Source: the human T2T-CHM13v2.0 reference genome, Homo sapiens
Assembly (NCBI RefSeq): GCF_009914755.1
Contig: NC_060935.1
Strand: one strand, 5' to 3'
Length of the DNA stretch: 64,000 nt
The translations under genes and the position numbers were made by a program. Every line of letters begins with the position of its first letter. Within the stretch, counting starts at the first letter, position 1. Below the pieces are notes generated by a model. It had not been told where the DNA came from and did no database searches. It saw only the letters and a program-made list of their open reading frames with translations. Positions 27,679-48,100 of the stretch are shown in pieces.

Positions 27679-30510
27679 TGCGGGGAAAACAGTGGTAATA
27701 TGATCTGATGGGTGCCAAGATTATGTCCAGTTGCTACATGAGAGCAGATTACAAGCACTTTGGACGCATTCACAAGACACAAATTTAAGATCTCGAGGTC
27801 AAATGTTAGAAAGCCATAGTACAATATGAAGCTACATATACTGAAGTCAAAAACATATAACTGGCATACAAGAGTGGGATTATAGTGGAGGGCCACGGTA
27901 AAATTCTTTCAGGTGTTTTGAAAAGGCCCTTTTTCCTCTTTAAGCTGAATTGTGAAATCAAAGAGCCTACATCCTGTGGTAATTAATTACAGTAGATATC
28001 AAAGAAGAACCATCAAAAAGCAACACCCAGACTAATACAACGTAGCTATTGATGAATTTTTTAAGATGCATGAAAGCATTAGCACATGAAGCCTCCGGCA
28101 GTTTCTATGAAATTTTGAAAGTAATTTTGATGAAAGTTACCCTAATAATATTTGAGTATCTAAGAACAGCAACTCAGCCTTACACATCTCAGTATTTCTA
28201 GCACTTAGCACAATGCCTGATACTGAGTTAGTATGTAATAATATTTTTAGAATAAATGAGTGAATAACTTCTCACCCCCTTAGTTATTCTTTATCCTCTC
28301 TGCTTCAAATTCACTTTGTCTAACGGTTGGTCTACTGGGGATTATCTCAGTTAAGACACAAACTTACAGGGACTATGGAAAATAACTTAAGTTGTAGAGC
28401 TTCCTTCAAGGAAGAAATGCAACCAGAATCTCTGCTCACAGTATGCAAAACAGGGTAGCAAAGTTATACTGGGTTCGAATGGGCATCACCATCTCTGAGA
28501 AGCAGCCTGGTACATACATAACAATGGCATCGGGGTGGCTGATGATTCTTGAAGTCAGATAGATGGAGGCATTCTAGTGCGTGACCTGCCAGGGCCCTAA
28601 AGAGTAGCAAATACCTGTTTTCCCCTAGTGGAAATGATCAGGCCCAGGTTATGCCATTTTCATTATGAGAAAGGTGTGCTGAGGTTCGTAACATTCAATC
28701 CTAGCAAGAAATGGCAGTGTGGGTAGTATATGGTTAGTGTGACATAAAGGTGTAGGAAAATAATGTTACATAGTAAATGAGATCTATTGGACACCAGGAC
28801 AGATTTATTTTAGGATGAATAATGGTCCTAAATCTCCCCACTCAAAACAAACAAGCAAACAAACAAACAAAAGAAAGAAAGAAAATGCTTAAGGTTCACC
28901 CCCATAAAAATTCAAAGAAAATTTAAAATTATCTTTTAAAAAGTTCCAAAAAGTGTTACAATATTTTGATTTATCCCCATGATAGATGCTTCGATATTTA
29001 TTTTCAAATAGCAAGAATAAAACAGAAAATCTTTTTTAAAGTAGTGCATGTTTTTCATGCTCCTGCAACACTTGTGATGAGTTTGCCCTTTAAGTAGCCC
29101 AGTAGTAGGTGTAAGATGCCAAAACTAATTCTAGCCAGTCCCTTCCTACTGCTGAACCCAGGCTAAAATTGTGACACCTCCATTGGTAACATATGATTCT
29201 ATGACAGGTAATTCCATTCAATAGTCAACAGAGGCAGTCACGTAGAATATACCTGTGTGCTGACTGTGGATGCTTTGTCACTATGTCCTTAATGCATTTA
29301 AAAATTGTATTTACTCATTGTGAATATCTTATACATGCACATGATATATCATTTAAAATATATAATACATTAATGAGTAAAAGTAAGTATACCTCCTGTT
29401 TTCTTATGTCCTTTCAGATGTATCTGAAATGTTTATGTGTTCTTTATTTTTATATAAATTGAGTATAGCATATTAAGCACACTGTTCTACACCTTATTTT
29501 TTTATTTTTCAGTACAACTATAGTGGTTTCATGAATGTACAGCATTCCTTTGAAGTGATGTACTGTAATGTTTTACCAGTGCCTATAAACAAGGTGATTC
29601 CAGAATTTTTGTATTATCAATAATATAACAAATACCGTTATTAAACATATCATTTTGCACAACTGTGAATATGTTCTAGAATATGTCCAAATGGTATTTT
29701 CAGTTGTTGTTTTGAAGTATATTTTCAAAATTCCTTCCTTTGTACTTGTTTTAATTTACACATCAACAGGAATTACTTGGTTTTGAAATGCTCATAATTT
29801 TATCTCCTTCTTTTCCTAATAACTACATATCCATCTTTCAAGATCAGCTACTTCCTCATACACCCACCAATGCAGCATGTCATCACACATGTGATCTTGG
29901 CCAACAGGACATAAGAAAGATTATATATCAATATGATCTTAATTTGCATTTTTTTATAAATATGTCAAAATATTATTTCATATGCTTAAGAAACAGCTAT
30001 AATTTTTCTGTCAACCACTCCTAATCTTTACTACTTTTTGTTTTGAGTTCATCCTGTTTTCTTTATTGATTTGTAATTTTTTCCTAACAAGGAAAGTAAC
30101 TCCTTGTGATTCAAGTTGAAATTATTTTTCTAGTTTCCCATTTATCTCTTGACTTTATCTTGTTGATAAAATGAGATTTTTAAAAATTTTTCAGGGATCA
30201 AACCTGTCAATCTTTTCTAATGACTTCTGAGTTTTGTTCCTATTTAGAAATACTATTTTGAATAATCAAATTGTTTATTTTCTTCTAAGACTTTTATAGT
30301 TTATATTTCATGTCTATTTCCATTTCATTGTGTGAGTTATCAGAATTTATTTTGTTCTAAAGTGTGAGGTATAGATCTATTTTGATTTATTCCAGAATTC
30401 TATCCACTTTTACCAACCATAAAATTAAATAAACTATTTTTTCTCTACTAATTTGAAGATTGTGTTTATTGTATATAAATAGCCAATTATATTTGGATAT
30501 ATTTTTATAT

Positions 30511-30695
30511 CAGTAGGTATTAAATAACGGCAACTTTGCGCCTTTGGGGACATTTGGCAGTCTCTGGAGATGTTTTTGATTGTCACAACTAGGGAGAGAT
30601 ATTGTCATTTTTGGGTAAAGGCCATGGATGTTGTTAAATCCTACAATGTACCAGACAGCATCTGACAAAAAAGAATTATCCATCCCTAAAGTGCT
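30511..30695 (+). mobile_element. MER20
   Basis: GGGGACATTTGGCAGTCTCTGGAGATGTTTTTGATTGTCACAACT. Confidence 0.8.
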
Positions 30696-30811
30696 AAGTC
30701 TTTACTAATGTTCTAGTTACTCACTACTCTTCTAGACTTTATATTCTGGTCCATTGATCTGTTTGTTTATATCATACAGTATAAACTATTACAGTTTTCT
30801 GATATAATATC

Positions 30812-31402
30812 TGTGATGGTTAATACTGAGTGTCAACTTGATCAGACTGAAGGATACAAACTACTGATCCTGGGTGTGTTTGTGAGGGTGTTGCCAAAGG
30901 AAATTGACATTTGAGTCAGTGGGCTGGGAAAGGCAGACCCACCCTTAATCTGGGTGGGCACCATCTAATCAGCTGTCAGCATGGCTAGAATATAAACAGG
31001 CAGAAAAGTGTGAAATGAGAGACTGCCTAGCCTCCTGGCCTACATTTCTCTTGTGCTGGATGCTTCCTGCCCTTGAACGTCAGACTCTGTTCTCTAGTTT
31101 TGGAACCTGGAATACCTCTCCTTGCTCCTCAGCCTGCAGATGGCCTATCGTGGGACCCTGTGATCATATGAGTTAATACTTAATAAACTCCTATAATATA
31201 TATAGACTACGTGTAATTATTTATTTGCCTTGTTTTGTAGGAAATAGAAAAGAATTTTGTGGGAAATAGAAAAAATAGGAATTTATAAGTATATATATAT
31301 AATAGAATATATATATATAAATAGAATGTGTATACATATATATATACACACACATATATATATTCCATTAATTCTGTCCTCTAGAGAACCCTGACTAATA
31401 CA
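30812..31402 (+). mobile_element. MLT2A2-like solo LTR (ERVL)
   Basis: TGTGATGGTTAATACTGAGTGTCAACTTGAT...GAGAACCCTGACTAATACA termini; 5-bp TSD ATATC/ACATC. Confidence 0.88.
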
Positions 31403-34079
31403 ACATCTAATAAGGCTATTCTCTCCTCAGTATGTATCTTTTTATTTAAAAAAAAAATAAAATCTTGGTTTTTACTGATTGTTTACTTTACAAAAAAAAA
31501 AAATGTTTCCCTACACCCCAAGCTACTAAGTAAATCTCAAAGCATTTTTGTTGACATGGTGTTAAATGTTAAACAATTTAGGGAGAATCGCTGTCTTTAT
31601 ATTTTAACACCTCTTATTTCAAATCATTATTTGCACTCAACACCTTCTTTTGTATCCCTTTTGTCCTCTAAAATTTTCTTTATTGAGTCCTCCTGTGCTC
31701 GTTATATTTACTACCTTTTAACATTTATTTGAAATGGGAATTTACCTTCATGATATTTTTGTAGTGTTCTTTGTTTTAAACTAATTGGTTTTTATAAATT
31801 AATTTTCAGCTTAATTATTTTATCCTTTATAAATATTTTTGACTCTACTAAGTTTTGAAAAAATTTTGTTTTACAGTAAACAATTACAAGATCTCCAGAG
31901 AATAATTTCATATCCTTTCTAATTTTTATACCTCTTATTTTCCTTTATCTAATTGTATTGTCTTATAACTCACAGACAATACTATATAGTGGTGGTAATA
32001 AAGAGTTTCCTTGTTTTGTTTCTGGCTTTAATGAGAATGCTGTTTTCCAATAAGCGTAATATATCTCTAACTGTTGCTATTTTGTACAAAATAAATGTTA
32101 AATTCTGACATTTTTTATAAACTTTTTTGAGATTATTGTGATTTGTCATTCCTAGGGAAATTTGTTAATAGGTTACCCAATAATAAAACATTGTTTTATT
32201 CCTGGAAAACTGTAGCTGGTAATGATTTGTTATACTTCTAATATGTTTCTAGAATCTGTTTATTAAGCTTTTTAAAAATGTTTTGTGGTAAAGTATGCAT
32301 AATGATAAAAATATTAATGCATTTTAATGCAGTAATAAAATATTATTAACATTTTATCTTTTTATATTGTGGTAAGGTATGCATAACATAAAATGTATCA
32401 TTTTAACCATTTTTAAATGTTCAGTGATATTGGTTACATTTACATTTTTGAGTTATCCAAACAATTTTACTCTGCTACTCATAACTTTAATAGAATCTTT
32501 AAGTTGTGCATCGCTGATTATTTTTTCAAACTATCTTATTTGGAGTTTTATCTTTTATCTTCTTTCTTTCTTTTCTTCTTGTTAACTTTGATCCATCATT
32601 AAAGTATTCTCTTGAAACACTTTAAAATTCTTATGTTTTTACATTTAAACAACAGGAAAACTGGAAAAGAATGTCACAAATATATAACATGTTATTTGCC
32701 TAATGCTTTATCCTTTCCATGGCTCTTTCACGTTCATTATCTTATGTGAATCTCAAGAGAGTACCCATAGGACATACACAATGACTATCATAAACAGCAG
32801 TCCCTATTAGTACATATGATGTAACTGATTACAATGCAGATGTTCATATTTAGACAATGTGCAATAAAATAAATATTTATTACTTAACTACTTCTTTGAA
32901 AACCAACTGTAAATTTATAAGCTTAACAACTTCAGGACTAGCATATCATAGTCATCAATGTAACACTACTATGGATGTTGCTAACTTTTCCAAAATTCTT
33001 TTCTATTGCCTACAAAACAAGGCAAATAAATAATTACATGTAGTCTTTGGATGAAAGTTTTTTGGAAATAATAAGAAATTTAGAATACAAACATTGTGTT
33101 CCTGCATAGCATTCTAGTTTTCATTCTAGAGTCACATTTTTAATTTAAAAACCATCTGATGCCCCAGGTCGATTTACCTAATAGATAATCATGTGAATGT
33201 CCATAAATTGAAATCATATTTAGAAATTTGGTGAACAAAACTGAAGTAAAGTGAAAATATTTACTGACTCCTTCCCACTTATCCTTCAGATCTCAGCTTA
33301 AATGATTACTTTATCAGGGAAACCATAGCTCTTCAGGCCAAGTTAGATCTCCATGTTAATATACACTAATTACATTCTATTTGTTACTTCTGCAACTCTT
33401 TCAATTGAAATGAAATAAGAATGTGTATTGTCATTTCTTTATATATGTTTCTCTTGCTAGACATGACCCTGGTTAATATATCATAGTATCAATATATTAT
33501 TATATCTGTCACAATCCAATATAGAGTTAAATAAATGAGGTAGCCATCAACTATACAGTTTTGGACTAAGTCATGTGAGACAAACCACACAGTTAGGGTT
33601 TTACCCTCAAAATATTCATGATTGGGTATCCACAGGGCACTTGCGTGAAGTAGAGTTGAAACCATTCAACAAACACTTATTACATATCTACTCTGAGTAA
33701 GCTCCAATCTGAGGATTGTGAAGCCTACACAAGCATCCAAATGGTACAGAGTAATAAATTACAGATCTAATTACTAGATCAGAGTGGCATAAAATTTTTC
33801 ATAAAATTATTCTTTACTTTCTGAAGGAGCAGCAAAATGTGACTTGGAAAGAGCAGAGAGATATTTGTATGTGCACGGAGAAAGCATAAGCTCTTTGTGA
33901 GAGATGGCAAGGATATTGGTTTGGCTGGCTGAGTCTCAGTAGCAGGAAAAATGAAGAATGGAACTGGTTGTCTTTGTTCCCTTAACAAAATGAATTATTT
34001 CTCACAATAATGAAGAAGGAGGTCTAAAGAATTTAAATAGAAACAAAGAAAACTTTATATAATTTTACATATTTTATTT

Positions 34080-34228
34080 ACATACATATATACATATATG
34101 TGTATATGTATATATGCATGCATGTGTATATGTATACATACATGTGTATGTGTATATACATACACACGTTTACATGTATATGTATGTACACATATGTGTA
34201 TATATATTTTAGTATGTATGTGTGTATA

Positions 34229-34262
<34 letters not shown>
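34080..34262. repeat. (TATG)n-like repeat ending in (TG)n
   Basis: Read directly from sequence. Confidence 0.9.
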
Positions 34263-34263
<1 letters not shown>

Positions 34264-37200
34264 TTTACACCAGTCCCGGTATCTCCTCTTGAGTGACGCT
34301 GCATGGCATGCTGTGTTCTCCCTAGGGAACTATGAGTAACAAAACTCTATAACTCTTTCAAGTTTATCTCTCTTGATCTGTGTTTGCCCTCACAATACCT
34401 CACACAAAGTAATGTGGCCAAACCACTGTTAACAGGGCATAAATATTCAATCAATTTCAGCAAAAGTATTTTCAGTCTCAGAATCAAATCAACTGAAACT
34501 CCCAGAGCATCTTATTTGTCAGCATGACCCTAATCGTCTGTGTATAAACTGACAAAGGAAACTGAGACATTTACTTCTGTTATCTAAGAGAGTAAGCTGG
34601 AGAAGTTGAACCAGTTGAATGCCTGTGTCCAAGCCAGTTGTTAACTGAAAACATTCACAATGTCACCAACCTGTAGGAGGAGGACACCCAACTCTAGAAA
34701 AATAAAAGAAAATATACTTTTAATTGACAAGAACAATTAGGTTTGGACACCTTAAAAATAAATCAAGACAACAGCTAAAATTTATTATAAGCTTTTTCCT
34801 GTAAAATTTGCAAGTATATCAAAATAAGAAAGCCTATTGTAAATGTAATGAAATAATTTTACAGTTTTATACAACTAACTGAATGTTAAGTTTTAATTCA
34901 CTTAAGAGCTATTTTTCATGTCTTGTTTTAATGGATCATTTTCTGGGGCTTATTTTTAAAGAGACTTGAGATGAAGGAAGAAATAAAAGGGACAGGATAT
35001 GGCTTTCCCCAGGAGTACTCAATGAACTTATTCTGTAGCAGCTGTGTTTCTTAGGCATCTGTATGAGTCCAGGAAAGTTTCAGGTTTGAAATAATAATAC
35101 TATGAATCACTATTAGATGTATTTATCAAACTGTGTTTTTAACCTAGCTCTAAAATTCTCTGGAGAAAAAGCAGTAACAAAATAATTTATAATTTTGACT
35201 TATGTCCTACTCATAGCCTGGGGCATCAGATGTTTTTGATTCCTTTCTCTATTAGATAAATTATAGCTTGATTTATCTAAACATCTTTTTGTCAAGTTCT
35301 GTTAGCTACTTTTTGCTTTTATGGAAACATTAGATCTACTTTCCTAGGGAAAGAACAAAGACCTCTGGATTAGTGTGTGGTTGAACATCAAGGATCTGAC
35401 CTAATTTGAATTCCAGATCCTAGATTTACTAGTTGTGCAAACTTGAGATGATCACTTAAAATCTCTGAGCATCTGTTTCATATCTTTAAAATATCAACAA
35501 TGATAGCTTTCTTTTAGAGTTCTCAGAATTTAAAGAGCTAATGCATATGAATACTCTATATAAAACCTTCTACATAGGAGGTGCTAAATAGTTTGCAAAT
35601 GTGGGTATAATTTACATAGGCTGTATATCTGTACATATTAATATAAATTTAAGCCAACAAAAGAAGAATTTGCCTTTCCTGATCAATGTCTTGCCTTCAT
35701 TGTTATCTTCGGCCTGATTATAATAAACACTGAACTTATATTTCATGATACATTTAACACTCCAGTGCTTTCCTAAGTATTTTACACAGAAATGATTGTT
35801 TTTATTTTAACAAAATTTAAAAGCTACCATGGACTGAACATATAATACCTACCAATCATCATGCTAAGCATTTTGTTTTAATCTGAAAATCTTCCTGTGG
35901 GTTTGGTGTTTATTTGTAGATTCTTTTTCTCTTGTTTTCTCTCTCTTCCTTCCTTTCTTCCTTCCTTCTGTTCTTATTCCCTATCCCCTTTTATATATTC
36001 TATGTAGAGTTTATACAGAGAGAACACCTAGCCCTCCTTGTGCACAAGTTTGAACTTAGTCAACATTTATTAATAGTTGCCTAATTTAGCAATCTATGAT
36101 TGTTAAAGCAAATTATTAATAGTTTTTTAAAAAACTGAACATGTTAATATTGCAAATACTAAACTTCACCATTTAGGACACCTTCAAAGGAGAACTATAC
36201 ATGTTCCATGAAATTGTTGCCTAGGAAACAAATGATTTCCTCTTATTTTTAGCATAGAACTGTAGGTGTATGGAAGCTCTGAATCGGCCCACACACAGCA
36301 TGAACACTGATATTTATGAAACCAACATGACAGTAGGGGAGCTTCTACCTAGTGGTCATCAGAGATGAAATGTCTAAATTTTGTCTAAGAATTATCTGAC
36401 AGATTATATGGATAGGGACTTTCCTATAAATTACTGAGAGAAGATGGAAAGACAGGTCATACGACTAGACCCTCAGAATAAGGTGACCAAGTAGATTTCA
36501 ACAAGTATTTTGTTCCTTTTTCAGATAAGGAGTACGAGTGCAAGGACTAAAAAGGGAGATTTAGTCCACTCAAAGAAACTACCAAATATGTATAAGTAAG
36601 CAGCACTGAAATATTGCCACAAAATGTCTAGACTCTGCTGAAGGAATAGGTCATACTGTGAATAAAGGTGCAGTTCAGTTTATCAACCTAGGCAAAAGAA
36701 TAATCTGTGCCCTGTCAGGATAAATAAGATGCAGGTGCAATTATCTGAAACAATCTAATACCAACACCTTGGAAGTATAATCAAGGTATCCTGTGTCCTC
36801 CTTTATGGTTTAACCATTTAAGTGAACTACGGTTAATACATTTTTCATGTTTAAACTGCTTAGCTAAGTTGCATATAAATTATTTCTCCTCAAAGTTCTC
36901 AGTATACACATCCAAAAGTTTAGCTTCAAGGTAAACAATAACATAAAAATAGTACCACTGGTTTCTTGGAGAACTTCCAATATTTGAAGTATTAATATAA
37001 ACACATATTTATTAAAATTATTGCTTCTTAATGTGTTATGTTTCCCAATGTGTTATGTTATTTATTAAAATTATTGCTTCCCAATAAGGTGGCAGAACCC
37101 TTCAAGGAAGCTTATGTTAAATACATAATTACTTTGTTTACACTGGTTTCTTAAGACATTTCTTTTCAGTATAAAACATAGTTTCTTATCAGAATCCTCA

Positions 37201-38132
37201 TTCTCTCCATTCTATTCAGAAAAAACTTGAAATTTGAAGAATAGTAGAGGACAAAGATGGTTGATTTATTCTTTGAACATTTTTCCCTGATTTAGCACCT
37301 GGAACAGAAGTAGATGACTTTGCCTTTAAACGTCCTTCATGTTTTCTCACTATCCTAGTTTCTCGTTACTTTACCACTGAGGCAAAGAAGAAGAATTGAG
37401 AGAAAAATAATCCTCTTTTGTGGCTGCTGATATGGTAGTATAGAGAAGGTACCCCTGACCTTACTCAATTTGATGCTCAGATGCTCCAGGGGTATGTTGG
37501 ATTCTGTATTATTGATGAGCCTAGTTTTCTGATGGTATCCAGATTCATTTAGTTATCTCTCTTCAAGAACCCACTCATACAATACAGCCAAGCTCCTCAA
37601 CAATGTCACCAAAGATATATGCTGTCAACCACTTCTCTAGGTTGGGCAATTTATTGCTTGACCATTCAGCTGGCTAGGATGCTTCCTAAATTACGCCTCC
37701 CAGCTAACTTTCATTAACTTTATGTGGAGCTATTGGAACACTGGAGCCTGCTTCTGCACTTCCAAGATCATCAGAGAATTAAAATGTTGTAGGGTCACCA
37801 CCATATTTTCTTCAGACACCATATTTTATCTTAGAGTTCTGCTGGCCTAGGTTGCTCTAGAAGGCTCTAGATTTAAGATATGCCTATACTAAAAATAGAT
37901 ACCAAATATATCTATCTTCATATGTATACCTAAACTTTAAGTCAAGCTCCCTCAAAAATTATCTCACCATGCCCCAGACTGACAGGCCAGATAATTTGTT
38001 TTTCAATCACCACTACTCAGGTAGTTAATAAGATACCAATATCCTCTTTTCATAAACCAACCCATTCTTAATTAGAGATTCTCCTGGGACACTCTTTACT
38101 AGATCTTAAGGAAGATAACATCTCACTTTTCT

Positions 38133-43465
<5,333 letters not shown>

Positions 43466-43469
43466 TAAA

Positions 43470-45170
43470 ATTGTTTGGCTATTTAGATTTTTTGTCTTTT
43501 CATATAATATATTGTCCCTTTAATATATGCAGTGTCTTTTTTTCCTAATATTGGTAATTTGTACTTTTTATTGATCCTTTTGAACAGAGATTAATTTTAT
43601 TGCTCTTTTTGAAGAAACAGCTTTCAGTGTCACCTTTTCTCGATTGTTTTTAGTTTCCTATTCTTATTGTACTGATTTCTATTTCATTAATTTATTCCCT
43701 TATATTTTTTCTCTCTTTATTTAGAGCTTACTCTTCTTATTCTAGTTCCTTAAATTGAAGGCTTAGACCATTGATTCATTGCTTTATTCCCCTCTAATAT
43801 TAATATTTAGTGCTATAAATTTATCTTTAAGTTGTATCTAGCATTTTAATATATTGTACTTTTCTTTCCATTTATTTCATTTATATTTTAAAATTTCCCT
43901 TGAGATTTCTTTCTTATCCATGTGTTACTTACATTTCCAAATATTTGAAGATTTTCTCATTTCTTCCTTTATTTCAATTTAGTTCCATTGTGCTTGATGT
44001 GCATACATGATTATAATCATTTTATTAATATTTTATAGGTCCAGGATATATATCTTGATGTGTTCTGTGCACATGTGAAATAATGCTTTATATGTTTTGT
44101 TGGCTATAATGTTCTATAAATAACAATTAGGTCAAGTTGGCTGATAGCTTAGTGCAGATCGCCTATATCCTTACAAATGTTTTTCTAATTATTTTATCAA
44201 TTATTTTGAGAGAAGCATAGAACTCTACAAATATAATTGTGTATTTTCTATTTATTCTATTAGCTATTTCTTTTTGTATTTTGAACCCTGTTATTCTTTG
44301 CATACCCATTTTGGATTATTACATATTCTTACTGAATTTAACCCATCATAACCACATAACCACCTTTGTCTCTTATTCCGAAATCAATTTGATTATAATT
44401 TGGCAGATATTTGCCTGGTATATCATTACAAATTGAATCCAGCCATATATTTTCAAAAGTGTAAGATATCATTATTAAATAAGTTTAATTTTATAAATCC
44501 AGCATTATGTCAGTGGAGATTAAATTACTGGAGAGTAATTTAATTAAGTATATAAACAAAATACAAAAAAGTAATAATTATCTCAACTGACCTACACAAA
44601 TATTTGACAAAAATTCAAAATGTATTCGTAATAAAAACTTGCACGACAGTAAGAATTGAAGAGAATTTTCTCAAACTATTAAAGTGTATCTTTGAAAAAA
44701 CTCACATAAGAGTGAAGAATTAAATGTTTTCTCTCTTGAAAATCAGAAACAAGTCAAAAATATTTTTTCTTTCTAAAATCTCTTTAATATTGTACTGGAG
44801 ATAGATCATTACTAAAACAATATGACAAGATAAAGACAATGTATATGAATTTGAAAGGAATAAATGAGTATTTATAGATGTCATGATAGTCTATGTAAAA
44901 ATTCCCACAAAATACACCCCTCAAAAGCTACTAGAACTAATCAGTTTAACAAAATCACAGAACAGAAAGTTAACATACAAAATGTAGTTGTATTTTTTTA
45001 CACTATCCACAGTGTTATTAAGAGAAGTCAAAAGAGGTGCTTAGCACACAAAATTTAGGATGGCAATCACTTTCAAGGCTGTAGTACTAGCAAGAAACAA
45101 TTTTAAATTAAAATTTTAAAAATGTTTGCAGTACCATCAAAACCCTAAAATAATTAGTGATGAATCTGTA
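43470..45170. mobile_element. Ancient L1M fragments (antisense to ~44380, then sense)
   Basis: Degenerate ORF2 motifs and a switch in strand base composition. Confidence 0.5.
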
Positions 45171-48100
45171 AGATAAGATATAAAGTTGAAATTATAAGGG
45201 TAGAATCAGATTTTTTTTTGTTGTTTTGGTAAGAGCTAGTGGTCGGGGAAGAGTAATTCCAAAATTAAACCAGGGAAGATTCTATGTCTTGACTATGGTA
45301 GGGGTTACAAAACCTCATACAGTTGGCCAAATTTATGTAACTAAATTATTTAAAAGAGTATATACTCTGTGCACATTGAACATCAATAAACTTGACCTCA
45401 TCTGCAAAATATGTCAATGAAGAAATATGAATTGCCTAAAACCTAGTATTGATTAATCACATCAGATTACTATATTAGTGATTCAAATGAATGTCTTGGT
45501 TCAGAATGATACCATGTGGTCACTATCAGCTTTCTCACATTCACCTATTTTAACACTGACTATGCTATCACTTATTCATTTGTTCACTAAATCATCCTCA
45601 CATTTATCTGTTCAACAAATCTTAATGTGTGTGCTGCAGGACAATCATTGTACGTAATAGAATAACCTAAGGGAATAGATTCAGGGGTCCTTTTATCTGA
45701 GTCACAGTTCACCTCTATTTTATCAGTGTGACCTCAGGGAGTTATATTATGTGTGATGCTCATGTTTTTTCATCTGTAAAATAATGTTAATATTTACCTC
45801 CATGTAAAGCTGTCTTGGCACAGTGATTCTGTGGTATATCATGTGTGATTCTCATGTTTTTTCATCTGTAAAATAAGGTTAATAATATTCACCTCTTTGT
45901 AAAGTTCTCTTGGCACAGTGTCTGGCACATATACATAATAGAAAGTAAAATATTTTCCCTTCCCTTCCCTTTATGCCAGCATTTCTACGGTATGACTTCT
46001 GTGCTTTTGGTGTCAGAATCACTTGCTATATATTAAAATCTAATCTTTGAGAATATAATTGCAGAAAGTACAATTTATTAAGCATTGAAATTGGGCATGC
46101 AATGATCATCTGACGCCCCTAGGCTTCACTTGTTTTCACCTTCTGCCTCCATTCTTTTTTTTTTCCACAAGCAAAATTCCCACCTGCACAATCTCCCTTA
46201 ACCTCCAAAAACAATTTTAACCTCGAACTATGATGGGTTTTATTTTCCTAAAAGTGTCATCAGAGGGCCTTCTGTATTATTTTGAGGGTGCTTAAGAATT
46301 CAGATTTTGAACGTCCATCCAGACCCACTGAACTATAATTTGGGGAGGTAGGAATTCAGGAATCTTCATCTAAATAAGCCTCCCAGGTTATTCTTATGCT
46401 CTGTTAACATTTGAGAACTTTAGCCAAACCCAACAATCACACTTTCCAAAACTCTGATGATATTTGGGCTTAGTTCTGGCAACCCAATTCATATCTACTG
46501 TCCTATTCCTGGTCCTCACTATCTAAGCAGCAGGACTGGGAGACCTCATTGTATTTTTACTATGCAGATTTTTTCTCAAACCTGCAGTCCCATGAATGAG
46601 GGTTGTTTCCTACTGATATCTCTTTATTCTAAAAGTATTGATTGGGCAACTAGTGGGTGTCAGGTCCTAATATAAGTGAGGATATAGCAGTGACAAAAGA
46701 AAAAACAAACAAAACATGTTTTCCTGAAGCTTAGTTTTTAATAATATAGACAGCCAACTAAGAAAATTGAATAAACATAGCATGTTAGATGGTAAAAAAT
46801 GCATTAAAGAGAAAAGAGAAACAAGGATGGACATAGAAATTTGAAGATATTTTAAGCAAGATGACAAGGAAAGGCCACACGAGGAGGTGCTGGTTTACCT
46901 GCTGCTGCTTGTGCTTTCTAATATTGCTGAATGAAAAGTAATATTTTCATTGTTATTGACATGCCTACCCTCTTATTGGAAGCATGAGAGTAATTTAGCA
47001 TGTTCCTGGCCTCATACAGCCTGCTTGCCTGGCCCACCACATGAAGTCTCTTGCCATAGCCTTAAGATGTCAGATTCCGTGAATGGACTTGGTTTTCTAG
47101 AGCCAGGAGCTGGGTCTGGCTATGTTTTCTGCCCCATGTCACTTTTCCTAAATTGGCCATTACCAACCACACTTAGAATAGATTCACCTGGATTTGAAGG
47201 GTTAATTGCAGTGACAGGCTACCACCAGAAGAGGGTAGCAGAGGGTTGCAGAGTAAGAGCTGCTGCTGGCCTAGGTCTTCCCCTACTGAAGAATGAAGTT
47301 GTCTTCAAACAATTGGCTAATATAGTCAGTCAAGAGGTGAGTTCACTGGCTAAAGCAATGGCCTGAGAAGAATGTTATTTATAAGAGCTGGGACTGGTCT
47401 TGAATTTCACATGCCTTGGAAGAAATAGGGAGTATAGTGTATCAGAGACGATTCTAGTGCCCTTAGATAATATAGATCCTTAAAGTATATCCCATAACAT
47501 GAATGTCTACTCTACTATGGCCTCTGTCTATTCTTCAGGTTCCTCTCCTGTCATTCCTACCCATTCAACCCCTGTTAAGTTCCACCCAATGAAGAACACA
47601 ATGGCTTCTAAGCATACCATGAGATCTCAAGATTCAGACCTTACTTTTCTTTCTTTCCATAGTAAACATTTATTAATCTCAAGTCCCTTGCTTAAACTGG
47701 GTATATAAAACTGAAGCCTCAGATCATTCCCTTATTTGGGAATAACATGAAGGTGGGACCCAAGACCACCTCTGGGGTTTATCGCTGCAATTCCAGGGAC
47801 TAGCACAGTACCTGGTACCTTATAAACACTCAATAATTTTTCTTGCAAAAATTAATCAGTTGATTATATGAGGTAATTAACACAAATGGGAATTATTACA
47901 GTTCTTCTTTCTTAAAAGGGCAGCAGGATGACAAATTTTATTTCTACATTGTGCTCTGCAGAAACCAGATATAATACCTCCTCTGTGAGGCATACCTAGC
48001 AGGAAGCCTTCCACATATTGAATGCTTTGAGCAGTCCCCTGACAGTGATATCAAGCAGATAAAGTTGAAAATGTATTAGAGGGAAGCAGTAGTTTCTTAA

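Larger units (their letters stand above)
29290..32600 (-). mobile_element. Ancient L1M remnant hosting MER20 and MLT2A
   Basis: T-rich degenerate antisense L1 ORF2/3' motifs. Confidence 0.55.

Noticed and set aside
36525-36595. Possible + strand 71-nt exon (TTTTCAG / GTAAGC)
   Set aside because: Splice-like pairs are common, and there is no independent support.
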